Of a DNA stretch of 64,000 bases, positions 30,321-39,494 are shown piece by piece. Source of the stretch: Gammaproteobacteria bacterium (lineage in GTDB: Bacteria > Pseudomonadota > Gammaproteobacteria > CAJXQU01); assembly GCA_965238175.1 (NCBI GenBank), contig CBDEGZ010000003.1, forward strand, positions 96,001-160,000, in the 5' to 3' direction. A program made the position numbers and the translations under genes. Under the pieces are notes generated by a model. That model searched no databases and was not told the DNA's origin. It saw only the letters and a program-made list of their open reading frames with translations. The first letter of the stretch is position 1. Each line of letters opens with the position of its first letter.

Positions 30321-30441
30321 GTCATACTCCTCTGTCAGGGGCAATAAAAATTTTTAGATAGAGGAGACGTCAATAAGTAGTTATTGTTTATATCACAGTA
30401 GCAATTGTGTTCGTCTCCTACACACACCCTCGCACATGGGC

Positions 30442-30481
30442 ATTTCAGTTATATAAAAGAAATGTTTCAGTTTTATTACAA
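30442..30481 (-). promoter_or_regulatory. Degenerate Pho-box array upstream of pstS2
   Basis: Minus strand TTGTAAT-N4-CTGAAAC-N4-CTTTTAT-N4-CTGAAAT at 11-bp period; TATAAC lies 10 bp after the second repeat. Confidence 0.55.
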
Positions 30482-30629
30482 AAACAAGAGTGTTTTTTTA
30501 AGTGACAGCAAGGATCAAGCTTTTTGATATGATTGTTTGCATTAGAATTGTTTAAGAATTGGCGTACTTTTTCTTTGCTCATATATCGAGAAAAAACTTT
30601 CTGATCTGCCCAGGTAAGATCGACTATGA

Positions 30630-30764
30630 TCAAACCATTAAGCACATTTCTAAAAAGTTAATAAAGCGGTTTGCGGTAAGGAACATATCCGTCAGACCAT
30701 GTATTGCAGTTAGTTGTGCACCGGGGTAGTTAGCAATAGTGACATGCAGATAAGGTTTTTCCAC
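30630..30764 (-). pseudogene. Truncated N-terminus of a GlxA-like (DJ-1/AraC) regulator
   Basis: Translates VEKPYLHVTIANYPGAQLTAIHGLTDMFLTANRF..., resembling the YPGAQ..A.HGL.D.F..AN start of GlxA-family proteins; stops after 44 codons. Confidence 0.55.
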
Positions 30765-30765
30765 T

Positions 30766-30797
30766 TGGCAATTATGAACCATAACATGGCAATTATG
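30766..30797 (+). promoter_or_regulatory. Direct repeat TGGCAATTATG x2, 21-bp period (AraC-type operator candidate)
   Basis: Identical 11-mers at 30766 and 30787 between the divergent regulator remnant and the MBL gene. Confidence 0.55.
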
Positions 30798-30875
30798 CCA
30801 ATCGTGTACAAATCACTACTTACCTAAAATAACCTCCATCACAGCACTTATTTAAAAACAACAGGAGATTAGATT

Positions 30876-31958
30876 ATGAAAAAATTCTTAATAACAGCCC
30901 TTACCCTATATTTGTTAGGTAACAATATTGTTACCCAAGCTGATAATTCCGATAGCACGATGAATAACCGTGTTGTTGTTCTCAACGCAGGATATGTTCA
31001 GCCAATTGAAGGACGTGAGTTTTTGCCTGGTGTAAAAGATAATGGTGCACGCAAAGTGGCGAGTACCATTTCATTGGTGAAAGCCAAAGATCTGGTGCTA
31101 ATTACAGATCCTGGCATGGCGGCGGCAGAAGAATGGGATAACATTCTTAACAAGCTTAAAGAACAGGGGGTGAAACCTGAAGATGTGACTCATGTTTTTA
31201 TAAGTCATCATCATCCTGATCACACAACACAACTTGGATTATTTACGAATGCAACGCTTGTCGATTTTTGGGCAACATATAAAAATGATCTTTGGGAAGA
31301 TCATCCTGACAACTTCAAACTTGCTCCAGGAGTCACTGTAGTTCAGACACCGGGTCATACAGATCAGGATGCCAGTTTAATTGTTGATACAGCAGAAGGA
31401 ACCTACGCATTAACACATCTATGGTGGAGCCCTGATTTTCAACCGGCAGAGGATCCTTTGGCCGAAAATCATGAGGGTATTGAAAAATCCAGAGCGCTTA
31501 TATTGCCAAAAGCAGACTGGATAGTACCTGGACATGGAGAGATATTTAAAAATCCAAAACGCGACATGAAAAAACTATCAAAACAGCAACAAGATATAGT
31601 TATTAATGCGGTTAAAAAAGCGAGTAAGCACTGGGTTGATTCATTTAATAACGGAGATGCTGCGGGTTGTGCATCGGCTTATGAAGATAAATCAGTTATG
31701 TCGGCAAAACCTTTTGGAATATTCCATGGTGTAAACGATATACAGACATTTTGGGAAAATCTGATTGCTCAGGGTTACGACGATGTTCGCTACATTGAGC
31801 CCGTTATTGAAGTGATTAACGAACATACTGCTGTTATCTCATCAAAATGGGAAATGAATAAAGCCCATGGCATAATCACTAAAGAGTTATGGGTGTTACA
31901 AGACAATGGTGAAGCTAAGCTCAGGATTGATAACTTTGAAGTTTTAGGTAGTAAATAA
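30876..31958 (+). CDS. Secreted MBL-fold hydrolase fused to a C-terminal SnoaL/NTF2-like domain
   Basis: Signal peptide; SHHHPDH, TPGHT, PGHG motifs; C-terminal WVDSFNNGDAAGCASAY...IQTFW domain. Confidence 0.75.
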   Translation: MKKFLITALTLYLLGNNIVTQADNSDSTMNNRVVVLNAGYVQPIEGREFLPGVKDNGARKVASTISLVKAKDLVLITDPGMAAAEEWDNILNKLKEQGVKPEDVTHVFISHHHPDHTTQLGLFTNATLVDFWATYKNDLWEDHPDNFKLAPGVTVVQTPGHTDQDASLIVDTAEGTYALTHLWWSPDFQPAEDPLAENHEGIEKSRALILPKADWIVPGHGEIFKNPKRDMKKLSKQQQDIVINAVKKASKHWVDSFNNGDAAGCASAYEDKSVMSAKPFGIFHGVNDIQTFWENLIAQGYDDVRYIEPVIEVINEHTAVISSKWEMNKAHGIITKELWVLQDNGEAKLRIDNFEVLGSK

Positions 31959-32013
31959 GTCAAGTATTTACTAAAGAGTACTTGCTTAATTTAGGGCTTT
32001 AACTGTGTAAATA

Positions 32014-32033
32014 ATCTAAGTTCGGGATAAGGA
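32014..32033 (+). repeat. Isolated degenerate IS982-type terminal IR
   Basis: ATCTAAGTTCGGGATAAGGA versus MITE TIR ACCTGAACTCGGGATAAGAA. Confidence 0.55.
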
Positions 32034-32090
32034 AAGACAATGATTCCTTATGATTCAATAGATTCTCTGGTTATTACTGGGTTCTAGTCA

Positions 32091-32271
32091 GAAAATACTA
32101 ATGGGTTATTTTGTCAGTATTTCCCCAAAAAAACCTGCCTTAAAAAATATTCATAAGAACAGCTCAATATCGTATCAAAGCAGTTGAATAACTGGCCAAG
32201 GAAAGTACTTGGTTATAACTCACCAGAAAAGACTATTTTATATGATGTTGCGTTGACAGGTTGAATCTACA
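32091..32271 (+). pseudogene. IS30-family 3' remnant with right IR
   Basis: ENTNGLFCQYFPKKT...QLNNWPRKVLGYNSPE with an internal stop; ends GTTGCGTTGACAGGTTGAATCTACA. Confidence 0.8.
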
Positions 32272-32295
32272 CTCGTCAATATTATCTTCATAAAC

Positions 32296-33521
32296 TGTAG
32301 AAGTTTAGACCCAATCTGACACATCACTAAATCAAGCGGAGCGTAGCGACGCTTGATTTAGTGAGAGTTACCCGCTTTGATGTAACTGCAACGTAAACAT
32401 CAAAACACAAAGAGGTAACTCTCATGATTCATACTAATGACAAAGTTATAAAACATAAAGTTGGTCTACTCAATCTCGCTGAAGAACTCGGCAATGTCTC
32501 AAAAGCCTGCAAGATGATGGGTTTGTCCAGAGATACATTTTATCGCTACAAAGAAGCGGCTGATGAAGGCGGTGTAGAAGCCTTGTTTGATCGTAATCGG
32601 CGTACCCCAAATCTTAAAAACAGAATCGACCCGGCTATTGAAACCGTTGTGCTCGAGTATGCACTGGAAGAGCCCGCACATGGTCAAACGCGCACCAGTA
32701 ACGAGCTGCGCAAACGGGGAACATTTGTCTCACCCAGTGGCGTTCGTTGTATCTGGCTTCGTCATGGTCTTGCTTGCTTTAAAGATCGCCTGAAGGCATT
32801 GTCTGATAAGGTAGCTGGTGAAGGCTTGATCCTCACTGAGTCTCAAGTCGCGGCGATGGAACGCAAGAAAGACGACGATGAGGCTTGTGGCGAGATAGAG
32901 ACGGCACACCCTGGTTATCTTGGCTCGCAAGATACTTACTATGTCGGTACTTTCAAAGGCATTGGTCGGGTTTATCAACAAACGTTTGTTGATACTTACA
33001 GCAAGGTCGCTCACGCGAAACTGTACCCGACTAAAACACCGATTACGGCAGCTGACATGCTCAATGACCGCGTCCTCCCATTCTACGAACAACAACGTTT
33101 GCCTATGTTGCGCATTTTGACAGATAGAGGGACGGAGTATTGTGGGCGAGCTGACCAGCATGATTATCAGCTTTATATGGCGTTGAACAATATCGAACAC
33201 ACCAAAACCAAGGTCAAATCACCTCAGACGAATGGTATTTGTGAGCGATTCCATAAGACGATCCTCAATGAGTTTTATCAAGTCGCTTTGCGTAAGAAAA
33301 TTTACCAATCGATTGATGAACTGCAACTCGACCTTGACGAATGGTTGCTCAAATACAATACTCAACGAACTCACCAAGGCAAAATGTGCTGCGGGAGGAC
33401 GCCGATGGAAACACTCATCGACGGACAAGCTATCTGGAAGGAAAAGTTTGTGAATTAAACTTAACCTGACAGTCGGTTACTGATAATTGGGTAACTGTCA
33501 GATCAAATCTGAATTTCTACA
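32296..33521 (+). mobile_element. IS481-family element, copy 1 (1226 bp)
   Basis: TGTAGAA...TTCTACA termini shared with copy 2; flanks are not duplicated. Confidence 0.9.
32424..33458 (+). CDS. IS481-family transposase
   Basis: N-terminal HTH (NVSKACKMMGLSRDTFYR); rve DDE core (SQDT, LTDRGTEY, PQTNGICERFH). Confidence 0.93.
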   Translation: MIHTNDKVIKHKVGLLNLAEELGNVSKACKMMGLSRDTFYRYKEAADEGGVEALFDRNRRTPNLKNRIDPAIETVVLEYALEEPAHGQTRTSNELRKRGTFVSPSGVRCIWLRHGLACFKDRLKALSDKVAGEGLILTESQVAAMERKKDDDEACGEIETAHPGYLGSQDTYYVGTFKGIGRVYQQTFVDTYSKVAHAKLYPTKTPITAADMLNDRVLPFYEQQRLPMLRILTDRGTEYCGRADQHDYQLYMALNNIEHTKTKVKSPQTNGICERFHKTILNEFYQVALRKKIYQSIDELQLDLDEWLLKYNTQRTHQGKMCCGRTPMETLIDGQAIWKEKFVN

Positions 33522-33678
33522 GGTTAATTTATAGCACGCTTTCCATTTACGATAAAAATGACCCGCTATAACTGCCGTTAGTCTTTTTCAAATTGTGTAC
33601 TTATAAGATCCGAAACTGCCACAATTTATGATGTCTGTTTACTCTCCTTTAACTTATAACTCGTTTAAACTAAAAAGT

Positions 33679-34818
33679 ATGGATAAAAATTACAATTATC
33701 GAGAACGTAAAGTTGAGTTAGATAGAGAGAAACAATTCCGTCTGGGAGAGGGAAAGATCAGTGGTTATAGTTCTATTTTTCTAGGCGCATTAAGCTTGCT
33801 TGGGGTGCTTGCTTATTTGTTTCCTGCCTATCTTACTACGATTGAATTGCGTCAAACCTATGATGCTGTTTTTCTACAAAAGGTACTCAAGTACGGAATG
33901 TACTTTTCGTTATTTTTTGGCGTACTGACTCTGATCCTGAATAGATATAAGCTACTCGGTATTACAGGTATCACCCTTACGTTGATCGCCTTTGCCTTAG
34001 GCGGTTACAAAATTCCAGTTGATCATGTAGAACCCTTGCGACTCTCTTTGGGGTTAGATTGGTTGATTCTTGCTTTTTTAGGTTCAGCTTTTATTTTTAT
34101 GTCGTTAGAGAAGTTATTCCCAAAATATAAAGATCAGGTGATCCTTCGTCATGAATGGGGGTTGGATTTATTTTATTTTTGTTTTAACCATCTGATGATA
34201 TCGGCAATTCTGATTTATGCGAATTATCATGTAAGTCATTTTGATTGGGTGGTGAGCGCATCTGTGCAATCTGCAATTCAATCAACTCCCGTTTTTCTAC
34301 AGGTGATAATAATCTTAGCGGCAGACTTTGTGCTTTACTGGGAACATCGTTTATACCACATGACCCCGGTTTTATGGCCAATACATGCTGTTCATCATTC
34401 GGTAAAAAATTTAGATTGGCTGGCGGGTTCAAGAGGACATTTTTTTCAGGTGTTTACTGAACGAGCAATGGTAATGTTGCCTTTATATTTACTCGGTGCA
34501 GATAAAGCGGCCTTAAATATTTACGTTACTTTCGCCGCGTTACAAGCTGTTTTGATCCATAGTAATCTTGGAATTCCATTTGGTTTTTTAAAATATATCT
34601 TTGTTACACCACAATTTCATCATTGGCATCACAGCTCAGAAAAACCGGCGATCGACACTAATTTTTCAGCTCACACAGTAATATTTGATCGATTATTTAA
34701 AACTTATCATATGCCTAATGAGCATTGGCCAGCGCACTATGGAGTGAATGATAAAATGCCAGGCAGTTATTTAGGCCAGTTAATTTATCCACTCTCTAAC
34801 TTTTTCAAGCGAAATTAG
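33679..34818 (+). CDS. Sterol desaturase / fatty acid hydroxylase family membrane protein
   Basis: His boxes HRLYH, HAVHH, FHHWHH; start uncertain (33628 or 33679). Confidence 0.85.
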   Translation: MDKNYNYRERKVELDREKQFRLGEGKISGYSSIFLGALSLLGVLAYLFPAYLTTIELRQTYDAVFLQKVLKYGMYFSLFFGVLTLILNRYKLLGITGITLTLIAFALGGYKIPVDHVEPLRLSLGLDWLILAFLGSAFIFMSLEKLFPKYKDQVILRHEWGLDLFYFCFNHLMISAILIYANYHVSHFDWVVSASVQSAIQSTPVFLQVIIILAADFVLYWEHRLYHMTPVLWPIHAVHHSVKNLDWLAGSRGHFFQVFTERAMVMLPLYLLGADKAALNIYVTFAALQAVLIHSNLGIPFGFLKYIFVTPQFHHWHHSSEKPAIDTNFSAHTVIFDRLFKTYHMPNEHWPAHYGVNDKMPGSYLGQLIYPLSNFFKRN

Positions 34819-34941
34819 TCGATTAGGTTAGTTGAAAACAAGTAGACATTTATATTCACCCATTGAGTGATACGCATTGCTCAATCAAGTGCGCTACTTT
34901 TCATAAAAACACATGTTTTTTTAACCTTTAAGGTTTATAAA

Positions 34942-35385
34942 TTAATACCTGAATCGTCTTAACCTACCCTTGCTCCTAAACCCAGCCATAATCCCTTCGA
35001 CTTTTATTTTGATCAGTTCAAGTTCTTTCACTTCATATTTGATTGCATTACCGAATCCCCAGATCGGTGCTGGCCATGCGGGATCCTTTTTGTATCGAAC
35101 GACATGATGGATATGTAATTGCGGAACAACATTCCCAAGTGACGCGATGTTCATTTTGTCTGCGGAAAAAACATCAGCCATTTTCTTTGACAAGTAGGTC
35201 GACTCTTTTGCAAGCTGAATTTGATCTAGCTCGTTTAGTTGAAAAATTTCGGTGAGTTTGTCTCTCTGTGGCACCAGAATGACCCAGGAATAGCGGCTGT
35301 CATTCATTAGTAATAAACGACAGAGATCAAATTCACCTAGATCGAAACAGTCGGCAGCGAGTTGTGAATGAAGTTTAAATGCCAT
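34942..35385 (-). CDS. HIT-family protein
   Basis: FKLHSQLAAD start, LGNVVPQLHIHHV histidine triad. Confidence 0.9.
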   Translation of the reverse strand: MAFKLHSQLAADCFDLGEFDLCRLLLMNDSRYSWVILVPQRDKLTEIFQLNELDQIQLAKESTYLSKKMADVFSADKMNIASLGNVVPQLHIHHVVRYKKDPAWPAPIWGFGNAIKYEVKELELIKIKVEGIMAGFRSKGRLRRFRY

Positions 35386-35393
35386 ATTTACAT

Positions 35394-35530
35394 TATACCC
35401 CCGTGATACTTGGAAATGCGTGTTTTAGACGACTCCAGGGTGGAGTCGTGCTCACGCCCTTACCTAAACGCTGCCATGGATGCGCAAGAGCGGTCTATAA
35501 AGAGGCATTTCCAAATATCATGGGGAGATA
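35394..35530. repeat. ERIC-like miniature inverted-repeat element (~137 bp)
   Basis: TATACCCCCGTGATACTTGGAAATGC ... GCATTTCCAAATATCATGGGGAGATA terminal IRs with TA ends; internal ACGACTCC/GGAGTCGT hairpin. Confidence 0.7.
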
Positions 35531-35622
35531 CCTTCTGACTATAAAGGATGGATGGTTTTAAGCGAACAGCAATGTCATAATTCTGCTTATAACAAAAAAG
35601 TAGTAATTAAGGAGATTGTTTG

Positions 35623-36018
35623 ATGAGTGATATACCTGAAGATTTACGATATTCAGAAAGTCATCAATGGTTGTGTTTGCAGGAAGATGGTTCTGTTCGC
35701 GTTGGCATTACGGATTATGCTCAATCAGCTTTGGGAGATTTGGTATTTGTTGAATTACCAGAATTGGGAGCAACCTACGCCGCAGAGTCAGAGTGTGCGC
35801 TAGTGGAATCGGTCAAGTCGGCATCTGATCTGGTTAGCCCTGTTTCTGGTGAAATTACAGAAGTGAATGAAGAATTAGGTGACACCCCAGAAATGATTAA
35901 TTCGGTTCCTTACGATGCAGGTTGGATTTTTGCGATTATGCCTGAAGATGAAAATGAGTTAGATGCCTTGATGGACGCGGATGGTTATCGATCATTTGTA
36001 GAATCAATCGAAGAGTAA
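35623..36018 (+). CDS. gcvH: Glycine cleavage system H protein
   Basis: RYSESHQW, GITDYAQSALGD, VESVKSASD lipoyl-Lys motif. Confidence 0.93.
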   Translation: MSDIPEDLRYSESHQWLCLQEDGSVRVGITDYAQSALGDLVFVELPELGATYAAESECALVESVKSASDLVSPVSGEITEVNEELGDTPEMINSVPYDAGWIFAIMPEDENELDALMDADGYRSFVESIEE

Positions 36019-36036
36019 TTCAGGGAACACGTTGAA

Positions 36037-38211
36037 ATGGATGTCTCGCATATTCTTGACCCCTTAAATGATGCCCAGCGCGAAGCAGTTGCAGCCGATG
36101 CTGGCAATATTTTGGTTCTTGCTGGGGCTGGAAGTGGGAAAACGCGCGTACTGATCCACCGTATCGCCTGGTATATACAAACGGGACAAGGCACTGCTGG
36201 GAATATTCTAGCGGTGACGTTTACCAATAAAGCCGCGGGTGAAATGCGTGGTCGTTTAGAGAAAATCCTCGGGCATTCTGTGGGTGCAATGTGGGTGGGC
36301 ACGTTTCATGGAATTGCCCACCGTGTCTTAAGAGCGCATTGGCGAGATGCAAATCTCGATCAGAACTTTCAGATCATGGACAGTGATGATCAGTATCGTA
36401 TGATCCGTCGGTTAATGCGCAGTATGGAAATTGATGAGTCAAAATGGCCCCCGCGTGAGGTTCAATGGTTCATCAATGGTAGCAAAGATGAAGGTCTGCG
36501 ACCGCAGCATTTAGATAGCGGTGGTGATTTCCACCAAGAACAGATGATCCATATATATCGAGCTTACGAAGAGGTTTGTACTCGATCTGGTTTGGTGGAT
36601 TTTGCTGAGCTATTACTCCGTACCTTTGAAATATTCCGCGACAACGAAACTCTTCGGCGACATTATCAAGAACGATTCCGTCATGTGTTGGTGGATGAAT
36701 TTCAGGATACAAATACGATTCAGTATAGCTGGCTAAAATTATTGGTCGGCAACCAAAACAGTATGTTTGTTGTCGGCGATGATGATCAATCTATCTACAG
36801 TTGGCGTGGCGCGCAGATCGAAAACATGCAGCGTTTTCAGAGCGAATTTACAGACACGACCCTGGTGAGGTTGGAACAAAACTATCGATCGACTGCGACT
36901 ATTCTTGCTGCATCGAATGCCTTGATCGGAAACAATACTGGGCGAATAGGAAAAGAGCTTTGGACGGAGGGTGACGAAGGCGATCCAATTCCAATTTACA
37001 CAGCCTACAACGAGCAAGAAGAAGCGCGCTATATTATTGAACAAGTGATGGACTGGCAGCGACAGGGACACCGTTACGATCAATCTGCAGTGTTGTATAG
37101 AACCAGTGCCCAATCACGGGTTTTTGAGGATCATTTAAGACGTAATGGAATACCTTACCGGGTTCATGGCGGCTTCCGCTTTTATGAAAGAGCCGAAGTT
37201 AAAGATGCGCTGGCTTACATGCGACTGGCGGCATTTCGAAATGATGACACCGCATTTGAACGGATCATAAATACACCGACACGCGGGATAGGCAATCGCA
37301 GCGTTGAAACAGTTCGCGAACAAGCGCGTCGTGAGAACACCTCTTTATGGCAAGCAATGGCGGATATTGTTCTGCATAAAACCATGAGCGGTCGTGCGAT
37401 AAATGCGTTTAGTGGTTTTATAAACCTGATCGAAGCAATGGCACAAGAGATCGAAGGCCAAGACTTAGACTACAATCTACATGAAGTTCTCGATAACGTA
37501 ATCAAAATGAGTGGTTTGATTGCGCACTATAAAAAGGACACGTCGGGTAAAGCCGAAGATCGGATCGAAAATCTGGAAGAACTCGTCACAGCGGCACAAG
37601 AGTTTGAAGCGCCACAAACCGATGATGACGAACCGCAACTTGATCCATTATCAGAATTTCTAGCGCATGCTGCGCTTGAAGCCGGTGAAGGACAAGCCGA
37701 TGTTTATGAAGACAGCTTGCAGCTGATGACATTGCATGCGGCGAAAGGATTGGAATATCCATTGATCTTTCTGACCGGAATGGAAGAAGGTTTATTTCCG
37801 CATCAGCGAAGCCGACAAGACATTAGTCAGCTCGAAGAAGAACGTCGACTTTGTTATGTTGGTATGACACGGGCAATGGAAAAGTTGGTACTCACTCATG
37901 CAGAAGTTAGACGATTACATGGGCAAGAAACCTATCCGCAACCATCACGATTTATTCGTGAAATTCCCGGTGAATTAATTTCATCAGTTCGATTTGGAAA
38001 TAATGAGTCTCCAGAAACTTCAGACTTTTTTGATGAAGAACCACACGAAGATGGCCTGGGCCTTGGACGTCGTGTTTATCATGATACATTCGGAGAAGGT
38101 GTGATCTTAAATCTGGAAGGCCAGGGTAGTCACACGCGAGTACAAGTGAATTTTGAACAAACAGGACCAAAATGGTTGGTCGCGGCTTACGCCAATTTGC
38201 AAACGGTTTAG
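36037..38211 (+). CDS. uvrD: DNA helicase II
   Basis: AGAGSGKT, VDEFQDTN, LEQNYRS, TLHAAKGLE, EERRLCYV, C-terminal RVQVNF...KWLV. Confidence 0.96.
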   Translation: MDVSHILDPLNDAQREAVAADAGNILVLAGAGSGKTRVLIHRIAWYIQTGQGTAGNILAVTFTNKAAGEMRGRLEKILGHSVGAMWVGTFHGIAHRVLRAHWRDANLDQNFQIMDSDDQYRMIRRLMRSMEIDESKWPPREVQWFINGSKDEGLRPQHLDSGGDFHQEQMIHIYRAYEEVCTRSGLVDFAELLLRTFEIFRDNETLRRHYQERFRHVLVDEFQDTNTIQYSWLKLLVGNQNSMFVVGDDDQSIYSWRGAQIENMQRFQSEFTDTTLVRLEQNYRSTATILAASNALIGNNTGRIGKELWTEGDEGDPIPIYTAYNEQEEARYIIEQVMDWQRQGHRYDQSAVLYRTSAQSRVFEDHLRRNGIPYRVHGGFRFYERAEVKDALAYMRLAAFRNDDTAFERIINTPTRGIGNRSVETVREQARRENTSLWQAMADIVLHKTMSGRAINAFSGFINLIEAMAQEIEGQDLDYNLHEVLDNVIKMSGLIAHYKKDTSGKAEDRIENLEELVTAAQEFEAPQTDDDEPQLDPLSEFLAHAALEAGEGQADVYEDSLQLMTLHAAKGLEYPLIFLTGMEEGLFPHQRSRQDISQLEEERRLCYVGMTRAMEKLVLTHAEVRRLHGQETYPQPSRFIREIPGELISSVRFGNNESPETSDFFDEEPHEDGLGLGRRVYHDTFGEGVILNLEGQGSHTRVQVNFEQTGPKWLVAAYANLQTV

Positions 38212-38258
38212 AAGCAATCTAAACGCAATTCATTTAAGAGTAATTCACTGAGAAAAAT

Positions 38259-39365
38259 ATGAACAAAAACAAACAAATTCTTTCGACATTCTTTATAACA
38301 TTTTTGACCCTGATAACAGGTTGTAGTGATCAAAAAGCGGCAAGTGTCGAAGTGACGAGTACTGAAACTACGAAAACTTATAAGTGGAAATTAGTGACCA
38401 CATGGCCGGCAAATTTTCCTGTTTTTCAAGAAGGCGTTGAGCGTTTTGCCGAAGATGTAAAAACCATGAGTAATGGCCGTTTGAATATTCAGGTTTTTGC
38501 TGGAGGACAATTGATCCCACCTCTCGGTGTGTTTGATGCCGTGACGCAAGGTAGTGCAGAAATGGGCCACGGTGCTGCATATTATTGGTCAGGCAAAATA
38601 CCTGCTGCACAGTTTATGACGACAGTTCCTTTTGGTATGACGGCCACCGGTGTGAATGCATGGATGTATGGGGGTGATGGACAGAAATTATGGGACGAGA
38701 TTTATGCACCATTTAATTTAAAAGCATTTCCAATGGCCAATACCAGTGCGCAAATGGGTGGTTGGTTTAATAAAAAAATCAATTCTACGGCGGACTTGAA
38801 AGGCTTGAAAATGCGTATCCCAGGTTTGGGTGGGAAGGTGTTATCGAAAGCTGGTGGTAACCCTGTTCTGATGGCCGGTGGAGAAATTTATACCGCGTTG
38901 GAACGCAACACGATCGATGCGACAGAATGGGTTGGGCCATATCATGATCTACGACTTGGTCTACAACGTGCAGCTAAATATTATTATTTTCCAGGTTGGC
39001 ATGAGCCGGGGCCTACTTTGGAATTATTAATCAATTTGGACGCATGGAATTCGCTTCCAGCTGATCTGCAAAAACTTATCGAGGTTTCAGCCGCAGCTAA
39101 TAATGTCTGGATGCATGCAGAGTTTGACGTACTCAACCAACAAGCTCTACAGGAACTAAAAGAGAAACATACGCATGTTGAAATTCTCGAATTTCCAAAA
39201 GAAGTGATGGGCGAGTTTAAACGCTTAACCAATGAGGTTTTGGAAGAACAATCTGCAAATGATCCAGTATTTAAAAAAGTTTATGAAAATTACAAGACCT
39301 TCCGTGAACAAAACGATGATTGGGATGCGCTTTCTGACGGTGCCTACCGAAATGCAACCAAATAA
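38259..39365 (+). CDS. TRAP transporter substrate-binding lipoprotein (DctP/TakP-like)
   Basis: Lipobox ITGC; WKLVTTWP, QMGGWF, LKMRIPGLG, IDATEWVGPYHD, PGWHEPG. Confidence 0.88.
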   Translation: MNKNKQILSTFFITFLTLITGCSDQKAASVEVTSTETTKTYKWKLVTTWPANFPVFQEGVERFAEDVKTMSNGRLNIQVFAGGQLIPPLGVFDAVTQGSAEMGHGAAYYWSGKIPAAQFMTTVPFGMTATGVNAWMYGGDGQKLWDEIYAPFNLKAFPMANTSAQMGGWFNKKINSTADLKGLKMRIPGLGGKVLSKAGGNPVLMAGGEIYTALERNTIDATEWVGPYHDLRLGLQRAAKYYYFPGWHEPGPTLELLINLDAWNSLPADLQKLIEVSAAANNVWMHAEFDVLNQQALQELKEKHTHVEILEFPKEVMGEFKRLTNEVLEEQSANDPVFKKVYENYKTFREQNDDWDALSDGAYRNATK

Positions 39366-39494
39366 GGGTTAGTTGAATTGTTATTAAACTAGGAGCATGA
39401 TGTTTGTCGAGCCGTAAGAGCTCACAAAAATAAGCTGAAAATCAGCAAATAACTACAACTATAAATAATAATAAACCCGTGAGGAGGTTATGAT

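Noticed and set aside
30445-30645. 66-aa ORF upstream of pstS2
   Set aside because: Overlaps the Pho-box array, no recognisable motif or RBS
32499-33453. Short overlapping ORFs in IS481 (repeated in copy 2) and similar antisense ORFs over phn, pst and uvrD
   Set aside because: Shadow frames of well-supported genes
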